DNA from: Prochlorococcus marinus str. NATL2A
GTDB lineage: Bacteria; Cyanobacteriota; Cyanobacteriia; PCC-6307; Cyanobiaceae
Reading direction: 5' to 3'
Assembly (NCBI RefSeq): GCF_000012465.1
Contig: NC_007335.2
Location: 900,001 to 932,000 of the forward strand
Length of the DNA: 32,000 bases
The notes beneath the pieces were generated by a model. The model was not told the origin of the DNA. It was given only the letters and a program-made list of their open reading frames with translations, and did not search any database. Each line of letters begins with the position of its first letter. Within the stretch, counting starts at the first letter, position 1. Below are positions 1 to 7,791 of this stretch, one piece after another. A program made the position numbers and the translations under genes.

Positions 1-1005
1 GTTTTGTAAATCTGCACCTGAGTAGCCAGGCGTCTTAGTTGCCCAGTCTTTCAGATTCACTGAATCACATAAAGGTTTTGTCCTTGCGTGAACGGACAAA
101 ATTTTGTGTCTAGCTTCTCGATCAGGAAGGGATATGTCAATACGACGGTCAAATCTACCAGGCCTAGTTAATGCTCGGTCAAGAATATCGGGTCTATTCG
201 TAGCTGCAATAACTATGACTCCATTATTTGCTTCGAATCCATCCATCTCGGTTAAGAGCTGGTTAAGTGTTTGCTCTCTCTCATCGTTGCCTCCTCCTAT
301 TCCAGCTCCCCTTTGTCGTCCAATAGAGTCAATTTCATCTATGAAGACTATGCAAGGAGCCTTTGATTTAGCACTTTTAAATAAATCACGGACACGTCCA
401 GCTCCAACACCTACGAACATTTCAACAAATTCCGATGCAGAAATAGAAAAGAAAGGAACATCAGCTTCTCCTGCAATTGAGCGAGCTAGTAATGTCTTAC
501 CGGTTCCAGGTGGACCCACTAATAAAACTCCCTTCGGCGTTTTAGCTCCGAGGTCTTTTAATGTCTGTGGATTCTTTAAAAAGATTACTATTTCCTTTAA
601 TTCGTCTGATTCTTGATTTAATCCAGCCACATCATCGAATGTGTATTTTCTAATATCATCTTCATTTACTTGAGAAGAACGACCAGAAAAACTTTGCAGA
701 TTGTTTAATAACTTGGATGATCTTCTAATTAAAAATACAAGAGAGAAAACAAAAATCAAAGTGAGGCCAAAACCTGTTATGTAGTTTGCTAATCTCTGGT
801 CTGATCTAATATCTCTTACAGTAAGAGGAACATTATATTCCTCAGATATTCGAAGAATTTTCTGATCATTATAAAATATAGGTATTAATTTTTTCTCTCC
901 ATTTATTAATTCAACAATGACCTCTCTTCTATTTGGAATTAAAATAATTGAAATAATTTCACCACTTTCAATATCCCTCAATAATTGACTATAACTTTTA
1001 CTCAT
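1..1005 (-). CDS. ftsH: ATP-dependent zinc metalloprotease FtsH paralogue, N-terminal 335 codons (the gene continues beyond the window start)
   Basis: The reverse-strand frame is open from ATG at 1005-1003 to position 1. It is absent from the ORF track because no stop codon lies in the window. The translation starts [17 protein letters not shown]. It contains Walker A GPPGTGKT, Walker [10 protein letters not shown] and the second region of homology [19 protein letters not shown], which together mark an FtsH-type AAA+ module. An in-frame TGA at 1020-1018 fixes the N-terminus. Confidence 0.9.
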   Translation of the reverse strand, partial: MSKSYSQLLRDIESGEIISIILIPNRREVIVELINGEKKLIPIFYNDQKILRISEEYNVPLTVRDIRSDQRLANYITGFGLTLIFVFSLVFLIRRSSKLLNNLQSFSGRSSQVNEDDIRKYTFDDVAGLNQESDELKEIVIFLKNPQTLKDLGAKTPKGVLLVGPPGTGKTLLARSIAGEADVPFFSISASEFVEMFVGVGAGRVRDLFKSAKSKAPCIVFIDEIDSIGRQRGAGIGGGNDEREQTLNQLLTEMDGFEANNGVIVIAATNRPDILDRALTRPGRFDRRIDISLPDREARHKILSVHARTKPLCDSVNLKDWATKTPGYSGADLQN

Positions 1006-1031
1006 TTTATAATTAAATCAATTAATTCAAA

Positions 1032-1083
1032 TGAATTTATATACTAACTATAGTAAAAATGATAGCGAACTTGAATTTATATA
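1032..1083. repeat. Exact 12-bp direct repeat TGAATTTATATA (1032-1043 and 1072-1083), 40 bp apart, in the ftsH/rpmF divergent promoter region
   Basis: Read directly from the sequence. Both copies are identical over 12 nt, and the flanking bases differ. Confidence 0.8.
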
Positions 1084-1137
1084 GAAAAAGAGACAAGAAG
1101 TTAGTATTTCCTTAAGTTTTTTTTGTTAAATTGGAGC

Positions 1138-1166
1138 TTGACGTTATAAAATATAATGTCTGTAAT
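1138..1166 (+). promoter_or_regulatory. Candidate sigma70-type promoter for rpmF (-35 TTGACG at 1138-1143, 17-nt spacer, -10 TGTAAT at 1161-1166)
   Basis: Hexamer match and spacing were read from the sequence. The predicted transcript would have only a few nt of leader before ATG 1178. There is no experimental support. Confidence 0.3.
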
Positions 1167-1177
1167 TGTTGAGAAAA

Positions 1178-1357
1178 ATGGCGGTACCCAAGAAAAAAAC
1201 CTCTAAGGGGAAGAGAAATCAAAGACACGCCACATGGAAAGGTAAGGCTGCTGTAGCAGCAGAAAAGGCATTATCAATTGGAAAATCAGTACTTACTGGA
1301 AGAGCTCAGGGATTTGTTTATCCAATGAATGAGACTTCAGAAGAAGAAGCTGATTAA
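1178..1357 (+). CDS. rpmF: 50S ribosomal protein L32
   Basis: The ORF-track frame is 1166-1357. [21 protein letters not shown] is the canonical L32 N-terminus, so ATG 1178 is preferred over the TTG at 1166. Confidence 0.9.
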   Translation: MAVPKKKTSKGKRNQRHATWKGKAAVAAEKALSIGKSVLTGRAQGFVYPMNETSEEEAD

Positions 1358-1363
1358 GGATAA

Positions 1364-1684
1364 TTAAGAACCAAGCTTATAGGCTTCAAGAATCAGAGCA
1401 TATGTAGAACCAATTCGGATATTATTTATTATCATTACGGGAATGGTCAATTTAGGTATTAGATATGATCGGATTACCAACTCCATAATTAATAATATTA
1501 TAATTGCCAAAAATATTGTATTAACAGATTTATCTAGTAAAAAAGAAAGAAAACTATTGGTAAAATAAAAACCAAATAGTAATGAAAGAACTAATAAACT
1601 CCTCTTACTCCATGAATCAGAGATAATTGGATTAATAATGAAAATCAGTGAATCTATAAATTCTCTGAATTTAGTTTTCTGCAT
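1364..1684 (-). CDS. Small multi-pass membrane protein, Ycf20-like (DUF565)
   Basis: The product is 106 aa with hydrophobic segments and a C-terminal ...EAYKLGS. From memory this resembles the conserved Ycf20 C-terminus. Its start lies 1 nt downstream of the stop of the upstream cbbY-like gene, so the two look like an operon. Confidence 0.6.
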   Translation of the reverse strand: MQKTKFREFIDSLIFIINPIISDSWSKRSLLVLSLLFGFYFTNSFLSFLLDKSVNTIFLAIIILLIMELVIRSYLIPKLTIPVMIINNIRIGSTYALILEAYKLGS

Positions 1685-1685
1685 T

Positions 1686-2432
1686 TTAATTTATAATATT
1701 TGTCAAATAATCAAAATCCACATGATTACTAATTAGCTTTTTACCATAAATTAGACTAGATGGATTATCAAAATTACCAAGGCTATTTAAACATGCATTA
1801 GCGTTTTTAGAAATATTTTGCTTAGAACTATTCCACGGAGGCAAAATCAAAAGGCAATTAAGATTAGCTGCCTTAGCAGATTCAACGCCAATCTTAGAGT
1901 CCTCAATAGCTATGCAATTAAATTGTGATTGCTTACTTAATTTAAGCGCTAGCTTATATGCATCAGGGAAGGGCTTGTGCCTACTTACATCTTCGTATGT
2001 AATAAAACCGGAAAAATAATTTAAATGCGAACTCAATGAGGTTTTTAGAAAAGGATCAAGGGAATCTTTACCACTGGTCGTAACAATAAATTGTTCTATA
2101 TCAGAGTTGTAAAGTTCATTAATAAGCCTCAGAACTCCCTCTCTTACTTTAATTTTCCCAGATTGAATTAAATTCTTGTAATGAATACGCTTTAAGGCTT
2201 GAATTTCGGAACATTGACTTTCAGTAAGGTCACTGTCGATATTGTTTCGATAGTGGATTATGCGGTTAAAACCTCCCGATATTTTTAGAAGATCCAAATA
2301 TTGGCTCTCATTCCAGTTCCAATCCAAACCAAAATCCTTAAAGGCCAAATTAAAAGCGACTCTATGCCCACACAATTCTGTATCGGCAATTGTTCCATCC
2401 ACATCCCAAAAGACTGCTTTTAACTTATGCAT
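1686..2432 (-). CDS. cbbY: HAD-superfamily phosphatase, CbbY-like
   Basis: The N-terminus FWDVDGTIADTE..GHRVAFNLAF carries HAD motif I (DxDGT) in a CbbY-type context. The length of 248 aa fits. Confidence 0.75.
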   Translation of the reverse strand: MHKLKAVFWDVDGTIADTELCGHRVAFNLAFKDFGLDWNWNESQYLDLLKISGGFNRIIHYRNNIDSDLTESQCSEIQALKRIHYKNLIQSGKIKVREGVLRLINELYNSDIEQFIVTTSGKDSLDPFLKTSLSSHLNYFSGFITYEDVSRHKPFPDAYKLALKLSKQSQFNCIAIEDSKIGVESAKAANLNCLLILPPWNSSKQNISKNANACLNSLGNFDNPSSLIYGKKLISNHVDFDYLTNIIN

Positions 2433-2514
2433 GATTTTTCAGTATAAAACAAATATAATTCTGATTAATAAGTAATCAATCTAGGATAAGCTTTTGGAAA
2501 CAGATAATGGCCTG

Positions 2515-4383
2515 ATGAATCGATGGATATTACCTAAGCCAATAAATGAAGCTGAGATAACTAATATAAATTTAAATCACACTCTTCAAGCCGTCTTAAT
2601 TAGGAGAGGGATCGATCTAAATAATGAATTTGATGAATATATAACACCATCAGACCTTCCAAATCCCGAAGAACATTTCGATGAATTATCTAAAGCGACT
2701 CAAAGAATAATTAAGGCTTGCTTACAAAAAGAAAATATTGCAATATGTGGTGATTATGACGCGGATGGTATAACAAGTACAGTGCTTTTAGTTGAATTAT
2801 TGTCAATACTTGGAGCAATAGTTAAGCCGTTTATACCTTCAAGACAGGATGAGGGTTATGGCCTTAATGAAAACATGATAAATAATATAAATAATCAAGG
2901 AATTAAGCTTGTAATTACAGTTGATAATGGCATATCTGCATTTGCCGCAATCAAGAAATCTGTTGATCTTGGGATTGATTTAATTATCACAGACCACCAT
3001 AAAATACCTGATAAGAAATTAAATATTTTTTCGCTTATACATCCAGAAAAAACTCCTATTAATTCACCTTATAAATATTTGGCAGGTGTAGGTATTGCAT
3101 ACCTACTAGCAAAGAATATATGTGAGAAGATTGATTATGATATAAACATTTCTACGGCTAATATATTCTTTTGTATTGGCACTATTGCGGACATGGCTCC
3201 CCTTAAAGGTGCCAATAGAAAATGGCTTAAAGAGTGTTTACCAAAAATAAATTCAACAACTAACAAAGGGATTAAATCTATTATGAAGAAGCTATCAATT
3301 CATAATGTTGATATAACATCAGATGATATTGGGTTTAAGATAGCTCCTTTAATAAATGCTGTCGGTAGAATTGGTGACCCCAACCTTATCATTGATCTCT
3401 TTACAAATAAATCAAATGATTCAGTTGTTAAACTCACAAATGATTGTTTTAATATGAATCGGGAAAGAAAAAGATTAACGTCCTTAGTTGAACAAGAAGC
3501 TTTAGAAATAGCAGTAAGTGAATATAGATGTGATAGAAAATTTCTAGTATTAACTAAGAGAGAATGGCACCCTGGAATAATAGGAATAGTTGCGGCTAGA
3601 ATAGCTGAAAAGTTTAATTTACCAACTGCTTTACTTGCACAAGCAAATGATGGGAACTTCAGAGGATCTATAAGATCAAACAATAAATTAATGGTAAACC
3701 AGGCCTTAGCTGAATGCGATGATCTTTTAATAGCGCATGGAGGCCACTCAGCCGCTGCAGGGTTTTCAATTAAAAGCGAAAATATTGACAAGCTTAGAGA
3801 AAAGCTAAATCAAATAGCTAATCGAGAATTTAAAGATATTAATTTATATAAGTCAATAACTCCTGATGCATTTATTAGTTTTGATCAAATTAATTATAAT
3901 TTTTATAGAGAATTAACTTTAATAGGTCCATTTGGAATAATGAATCCTACACCGATTTTCTGGGCAAGAAAGTGCAAAATCCTAGATATCTATAAACTAA
4001 AGGGTGATCACCTAAAAATGACTCTTAATGACGGAACTTCGACAATAGAGGCAATTAAATGGAATGGATCTATTGAATTAAAAAAACAAGATTTAATTGA
4101 TATCGCTTTCTATATTGAAATAAATAGATGGAAAAAATTAAATACACTTCAATTAAATATTTTAGATATTAAACATCATAAAGATATAGTTAGTTTACAA
4201 TTGCACAATCGTATGTATAAATGCCAATTAATGGACACTAAAAATATATTAATCACTAACTCAAAAGGCCAGTCTTTTAGTTCAGACTTATCAATATCAT
4301 CTGAGAATTTAAATGTAGATCAGAAAGTATTTGCAAAAAAAATTCTTACTTTCGCAAAGATTGCACTAGGCAAGGCTGCTTAG
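2515..4383 (+). CDS. recJ: Single-stranded-DNA-specific exonuclease RecJ
   Basis: DHH-family motifs are present: GDYDADGITS, VDNGIS, ITDHH and GGHSAAAGFS. The track start at 2494 is a TTG. The first ATG is at 2515 (MNRWILP...), so the start is ambiguous between the two. Confidence 0.9.
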   Translation: MNRWILPKPINEAEITNINLNHTLQAVLIRRGIDLNNEFDEYITPSDLPNPEEHFDELSKATQRIIKACLQKENIAICGDYDADGITSTVLLVELLSILGAIVKPFIPSRQDEGYGLNENMINNINNQGIKLVITVDNGISAFAAIKKSVDLGIDLIITDHHKIPDKKLNIFSLIHPEKTPINSPYKYLAGVGIAYLLAKNICEKIDYDINISTANIFFCIGTIADMAPLKGANRKWLKECLPKINSTTNKGIKSIMKKLSIHNVDITSDDIGFKIAPLINAVGRIGDPNLIIDLFTNKSNDSVVKLTNDCFNMNRERKRLTSLVEQEALEIAVSEYRCDRKFLVLTKREWHPGIIGIVAARIAEKFNLPTALLAQANDGNFRGSIRSNNKLMVNQALAECDDLLIAHGGHSAAAGFSIKSENIDKLREKLNQIANREFKDINLYKSITPDAFISFDQINYNFYRELTLIGPFGIMNPTPIFWARKCKILDIYKLKGDHLKMTLNDGTSTIEAIKWNGSIELKKQDLIDIAFYIEINRWKKLNTLQLNILDIKHHKDIVSLQLHNRMYKCQLMDTKNILITNSKGQSFSSDLSISSENLNVDQKVFAKKILTFAKIALGKAA

Positions 4384-4385
4384 CT

Positions 4386-4469
4386 TTATACACCTCTTCT
4401 ATAGAAGATCAAAGCAATTATTGCTGGTCCTGCAAGAAAGACTGCTACTAAGGGCAATAGGTTTCCCAT
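4386..4469 (-). CDS. psb30: 27-codon single-helix ORF, Psb30/Ycf12-like photosystem II subunit candidate
   Basis: This was hand-translated and is below the track threshold. It runs from ATG 4469-4467 to TAA 4388-4386 and encodes MGNLLPLVAVFLAGPAIIALIFYRRGV. The pattern hydrophobic-AGP-x-II-x-L-x3-RRG matches my recollection of Ycf12 (for example ...IGIAGPMIIFLLAVRRGNL). Confidence 0.55.
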   Translation of the reverse strand: MGNLLPLVAVFLAGPAIIALIFYRRGV

Positions 4470-4750
4470 GATTTTAAGAAATTTTTACCATCTTACTAAA
4501 CAACTGGCAATCCCAGCCATTATTTAAAAAATTTTGATGTTCAATGATTTCATGCTGATTTTATAGACCTCGTCTAAATAGCTTGAAAGCAGATGTTAGG
4601 CGCATGAAATGATTTTAATATAGATAACCTGAATAAGGATCCATTCGTATAAAATCAGGTATTTTCAATTTTAACTTGTTCATCTATAGTATATAAGATA
4701 TATATTTTTTGTATAAACATAAAAAGTAGAAAATCTCTTAATTGGAATTA

Positions 4751-5098
4751 ATGGGTAAACCTAATTCGAATTCTAAAATAGAAGAGGGTGATTCAAAGGA
4801 TTCCAGTCCTTTTTTTAGCATATTAATTACATCTTTTAGTACAATTTTTTTAGCTGAGTTAGGAGACAAGACCCAACTTGCAACATTAATTATTTCTGCA
4901 CAGTCTGGTAGACCGCTAATTGTTTTCATTGGTGCTTCACTAGCACTTATTTCTACCAGCCTGTTAGGAGTCCTAATAGGTAGATGGATAGCTAATAACC
5001 TCCCAAGGCAAAAGTTTACTGTGGTTTCGGGAATAGTTATGTTAAGTTTAGGAATATACCTAGTAACACAAGGCTTTATTGGTTTTATACAAAATTAG
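4751..5098 (+). CDS. UPF0016 (GDT1/TMEM165/Mnx) family half-transporter A
   Basis: It has a single ELGDKTQ signature (E-x-G-D-K-T) followed by hydrophobic helices. The track start at 4742 is a TTG, so ATG 4751 is preferred. Confidence 0.8.
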   Translation: MGKPNSNSKIEEGDSKDSSPFFSILITSFSTIFLAELGDKTQLATLIISAQSGRPLIVFIGASLALISTSLLGVLIGRWIANNLPRQKFTVVSGIVMLSLGIYLVTQGFIGFIQN

Positions 5099-5114
5099 AA
5101 CTTGAACTAATTTA

Positions 5115-5411
5115 ATGATTCTTACGCTTCTCTTTACAACTTTTGTTACTGTATTTCTTGCTGAAATGGGCGACAAAACTCAATTAACAACTATAACTCT
5201 AAGTAGTACAACTAATAAACCATTAGCAGTATTTATTGGCTCGTCATTAGCTCTCATATCAGCTACTCTTTTAGGAGCTTTGGCCGGTGGGTCTATTTCT
5301 AATCTAATTCCTGCCTTTTTACTCAAACTACTTTCAGGAATAGTATTCTTAGTAATTGGTATTAACCTATTATTACAGAGCAAAACAGAAGCTTCTAATG
5401 ATAGCTTCTAA
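5115..5411 (+). CDS. UPF0016 (GDT1/TMEM165/Mnx) family half-transporter B
   Basis: The product is 98 aa with a single EMGDKTQ signature and three hydrophobic segments. It lies 16 nt downstream of half A. Confidence 0.8.
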   Translation: MILTLLFTTFVTVFLAEMGDKTQLTTITLSSTTNKPLAVFIGSSLALISATLLGALAGGSISNLIPAFLLKLLSGIVFLVIGINLLLQSKTEASNDSF

Positions 5412-5435
5412 ACTAAACTTATTTTCGAAATATTT

Positions 5436-5456
5436 AGTCTTTTATTTTTAAAGACT
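5436..5456 (+). terminator. Weak hairpin downstream of the UPF0016 pair (AGTCTTT / 7-nt loop / AAAGACT)
   Basis: A 7-bp perfect inverted repeat was read from the sequence, 25 nt after the stop at 5411. No U-tract follows it, so a terminator function is doubtful. Confidence 0.2.
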
Positions 5457-5493
5457 TACTCCAATGAAATTAAATTAATCCCCGACTTTTATT

Positions 5494-7791
5494 ATGACAT
5501 CAGTTCTAAAAATACTAGAAAGTCTTGATTGTGTGGATGGATTAGAAGTTTCAAAACTTGAGAGATCCTTAAAAATCACAAAAAAAATTGATAAAGATAA
5601 TTTAAACGTAGCTATTAAAGCTCTTACAAAACTAGGAATAGTACAAACTATTATTGACGATAAACTGACGATAAACAATGATAGAGATTTTTTGCGAGGT
5701 AGGGTGCGTTGTAGTAGTAAAGGCTATTGTTTTGTTGTTAGAGAAGATCAAGGTGAAGATATTTACATAAGAGAGGGTAATTTAAATAATGCCTGGCATG
5801 GCGATTCTGTAATTGTATTAATAACTAAGCAAGGAGTAAGGAGGAGAGCACCTGAAGGGAAAATACAATGTGTTTTAAAAAGATATAATGAAACTCTGCT
5901 GGCAAAAGTTGAACCTGACAAGTCCACTGGAGAATTAAAGGCCTACCCTTTAGATGACAGAATACCAGCAACAATTGAACTTGAAGATGAGATAGAAACT
6001 AATAAGAAATATCCTGATAAAGATTTAATTCATGAAATAAAGATAACTAAATATCCAATTGCTCAATTTAATGCTAAGGGTTCAATTGTTAGAGAATTAT
6101 CTATTAATTCAGGAGTGGAGGGAGATATTGAATTATTACTTTCTAAGAATTATATATCTAAGAGTTTGGTAGCACCTAAAGTTGCTCCCAAGAAGATTTC
6201 CTCAAAAGGAAGATCAGATTTAACTGCTCAACCTTCTTTATTATTTGAAAGTTGGGAATCTACTAATTCACCTTCTCTTCCTGGATTATATGCGCAACCC
6301 TATGAAGGGGGTAATAGAATATGGGTTCATGCGCCTACGATCTCTGAAAGAATCAATTTAGGCGGGAAGCTAGACAGATATCTTAGAGATAAAGGAGAAG
6401 TAATTTGCCTAGGTAACAACTGGCTAGAGTTTCTTAATGAATCACTTAGATCAGCATCTCAATTTAAAATCAATAAGGAATGCGAAGCTATTTCATTGAT
6501 GATAGATATTAATGCCGATGGCAATATAACTGATTGGAAATTCACACTCAGTATTATTAAGCCTGTGAAAATCATTACCCCAAAACACCTTATAGCTATC
6601 AACAACAGAAAGGCTACATCTAAGTCAGTTCCTATAGCCCTTAAAGGTATTAAAGACAATCTAGAAGTCCTTTATACTCTTTTACATTCAGCTAAAATAA
6701 TAAATAATATGAACAATATTTCTATTAAATTAGATGAGTATATTCCTAAATTAGAGAGATTAAGTGAATTGTCAAAAACATTTCCTGGCAGGGACTTTAA
6801 CGGGTGGTCTAAAACTTACGATTGTTGCGATCCACAATCTCTAATAGATATTTATATAAGACTTTCAAATAATATTCTTTCAAAACATTTAATAGGCTAT
6901 AGATTACCATTTATTTATAAAGAGCACGAAGAAATTGATCAATCATCTATTAACGAATTAACTAAATCAGCATTGGCATTAGATAAAAAAATAACCGTTA
7001 ATGCTGATGGAACAATAACATCTAGTGAATTAATAAAGTCATTCGAATCAAGTACTGAAAAGAAAATACTTCAAAAGCTTGTTAAACATATAATTCCTGG
7101 TGTTAATTTAAAACTCTACGAGATAAATACACCTGAAGACATTTCGTATTTAAATTATGATGCAGCACAAACTAATATTGAATCTCCATGGTGTTGCCCA
7201 TCTTTAAACTACTGGAATATATTTAATCAGTTTATATTAACTTTACTTTTATCTGAAGGTAAAAATAAACCTACAAGCCGAAGTAAACAGACTGTCGAAT
7301 TAGGAAAAAATGATAGCTGGAGAGAAGTTGATTGGGAAATATTTCCATCTAAGCTTAAAGAAATTATTGCTAGTCATTCAAATTTAAGATTAATTAATAA
7401 TCTAAATGAAATTAGAAAAAAATCTAAATCATTTAGAAACAACATCATTTCAATTGCTCAGGGTAGAGAGGCGCAGAAAATTATAGGTAAAGAAGTAACA
7501 GCTATTATAACTGGTGTACAAAGCTATGGTTTTTTTGCTGAGATAGATGACTTAACTGCTGAAGGCTTAGTCCATGTAAGTACTTTGGGTGACGATTGGT
7601 ACGAATATAGATCTAGGCAAAACCTTTTAGTAGGTAGAAAAAGCAAAAAAACATATCAACTTTCACAAAAAATCAATGTCAGAGTTTTAAAAGTTGACAT
7701 TCTAAAAAATCAAATTGACTTGGAGCTTGTAAACGATACAGAAACAGAAACAATAAATACTATTAATGTTGAATCTGATAATGATGATTAA
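5494..7791 (+). CDS. RNase II/R-family (VacB-like) protein with a degenerate catalytic domain, possibly Zam-type
   Basis: It has an N-terminal cold-shock-like segment (RGRVRCSSKGYCFVVREDQGEDIYI) and a C-terminal S1 domain (VTAIITGVQSYGFFAEIDDLTAEGLVHVSTL). The central region is collinear with an RNB domain but lacks its signature motifs (see findings). Confidence 0.8.
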   Translation: MTSVLKILESLDCVDGLEVSKLERSLKITKKIDKDNLNVAIKALTKLGIVQTIIDDKLTINNDRDFLRGRVRCSSKGYCFVVREDQGEDIYIREGNLNNAWHGDSVIVLITKQGVRRRAPEGKIQCVLKRYNETLLAKVEPDKSTGELKAYPLDDRIPATIELEDEIETNKKYPDKDLIHEIKITKYPIAQFNAKGSIVRELSINSGVEGDIELLLSKNYISKSLVAPKVAPKKISSKGRSDLTAQPSLLFESWESTNSPSLPGLYAQPYEGGNRIWVHAPTISERINLGGKLDRYLRDKGEVICLGNNWLEFLNESLRSASQFKINKECEAISLMIDINADGNITDWKFTLSIIKPVKIITPKHLIAINNRKATSKSVPIALKGIKDNLEVLYTLLHSAKIINNMNNISIKLDEYIPKLERLSELSKTFPGRDFNGWSKTYDCCDPQSLIDIYIRLSNNILSKHLIGYRLPFIYKEHEEIDQSSINELTKSALALDKKITVNADGTITSSELIKSFESSTEKKILQKLVKHIIPGVNLKLYEINTPEDISYLNYDAAQTNIESPWCCPSLNYWNIFNQFILTLLLSEGKNKPTSRSKQTVELGKNDSWREVDWEIFPSKLKEIIASHSNLRLINNLNEIRKKSKSFRNNIISIAQGREAQKIIGKEVTAIITGVQSYGFFAEIDDLTAEGLVHVSTLGDDWYEYRSRQNLLVGRKSKKTYQLSQKINVRVLKVDILKNQIDLELVNDTETETINTINVESDNDD

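Noticed and set aside
104-616. A 170-aa plus-strand ORF in the supplied track
   Set aside because: It is antisense to the clearly recognisable ftsH AAA+ module (Walker A/B and SRH read on the minus strand). Its translation is low-complexity Ser/Pro/Arg-rich sequence, as expected from a spurious antisense frame.
1031-1084. A 17-codon plus-strand ORF (MNLYTNYSKNDSELEFI) spanning both copies of the 12-bp repeat
   Set aside because: It is very short and has no features of a leader peptide or membrane peptide. The repeat is more simply explained as a DNA-level element.
2260-2475. Short track ORFs antisense to, or overlapping, confident genes: 2260-2475, 4738-4929, 5180-5383, 5475-5678, 6459-6659, 9784-9969, 10593-10823, 10951-11172, 12633-13319 (three ORFs), 14411-14656, 14983-15616 (three ORFs), 26957-27151
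   Set aside because: Each lies opposite to, or out of frame with, a longer ORF that has clear family motifs. None has motifs of its own. They are judged to be shadow ORFs, although strand-specific expression data were not available.
3300-3791. A 163-aa minus-strand ORF inside recJ
   Set aside because: It lies entirely within the conserved recJ coding region (GGHSAAAGFS and other motifs on the + strand). It has no recognisable motifs and is a typical shadow ORF.
4618-4686. Mini-ORFs in the 4470-4750 gap, for example the minus-strand MNKLKLKIPDFIRMDPYSGYLY (22 aa) and the plus-strand MILRNFYHLTKQLAIPAII (19 aa, 4468-4527)
   Set aside because: They have no hydrophobic helix, no recognisable family and no SD. 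ORFs of this size are expected by chance in 280 bp.
4470-4750. A possible yybP-ykoY (Mn) riboswitch upstream of the UPF0016 genes
   Set aside because: UPF0016 and TerC genes are classic yybP-ykoY targets in other bacteria. However, I could not find the conserved G-rich core (GGGGAGUAG-like) or a four-way junction pattern anywhere in the gap. This should be confirmed with an Rfam cmscan.
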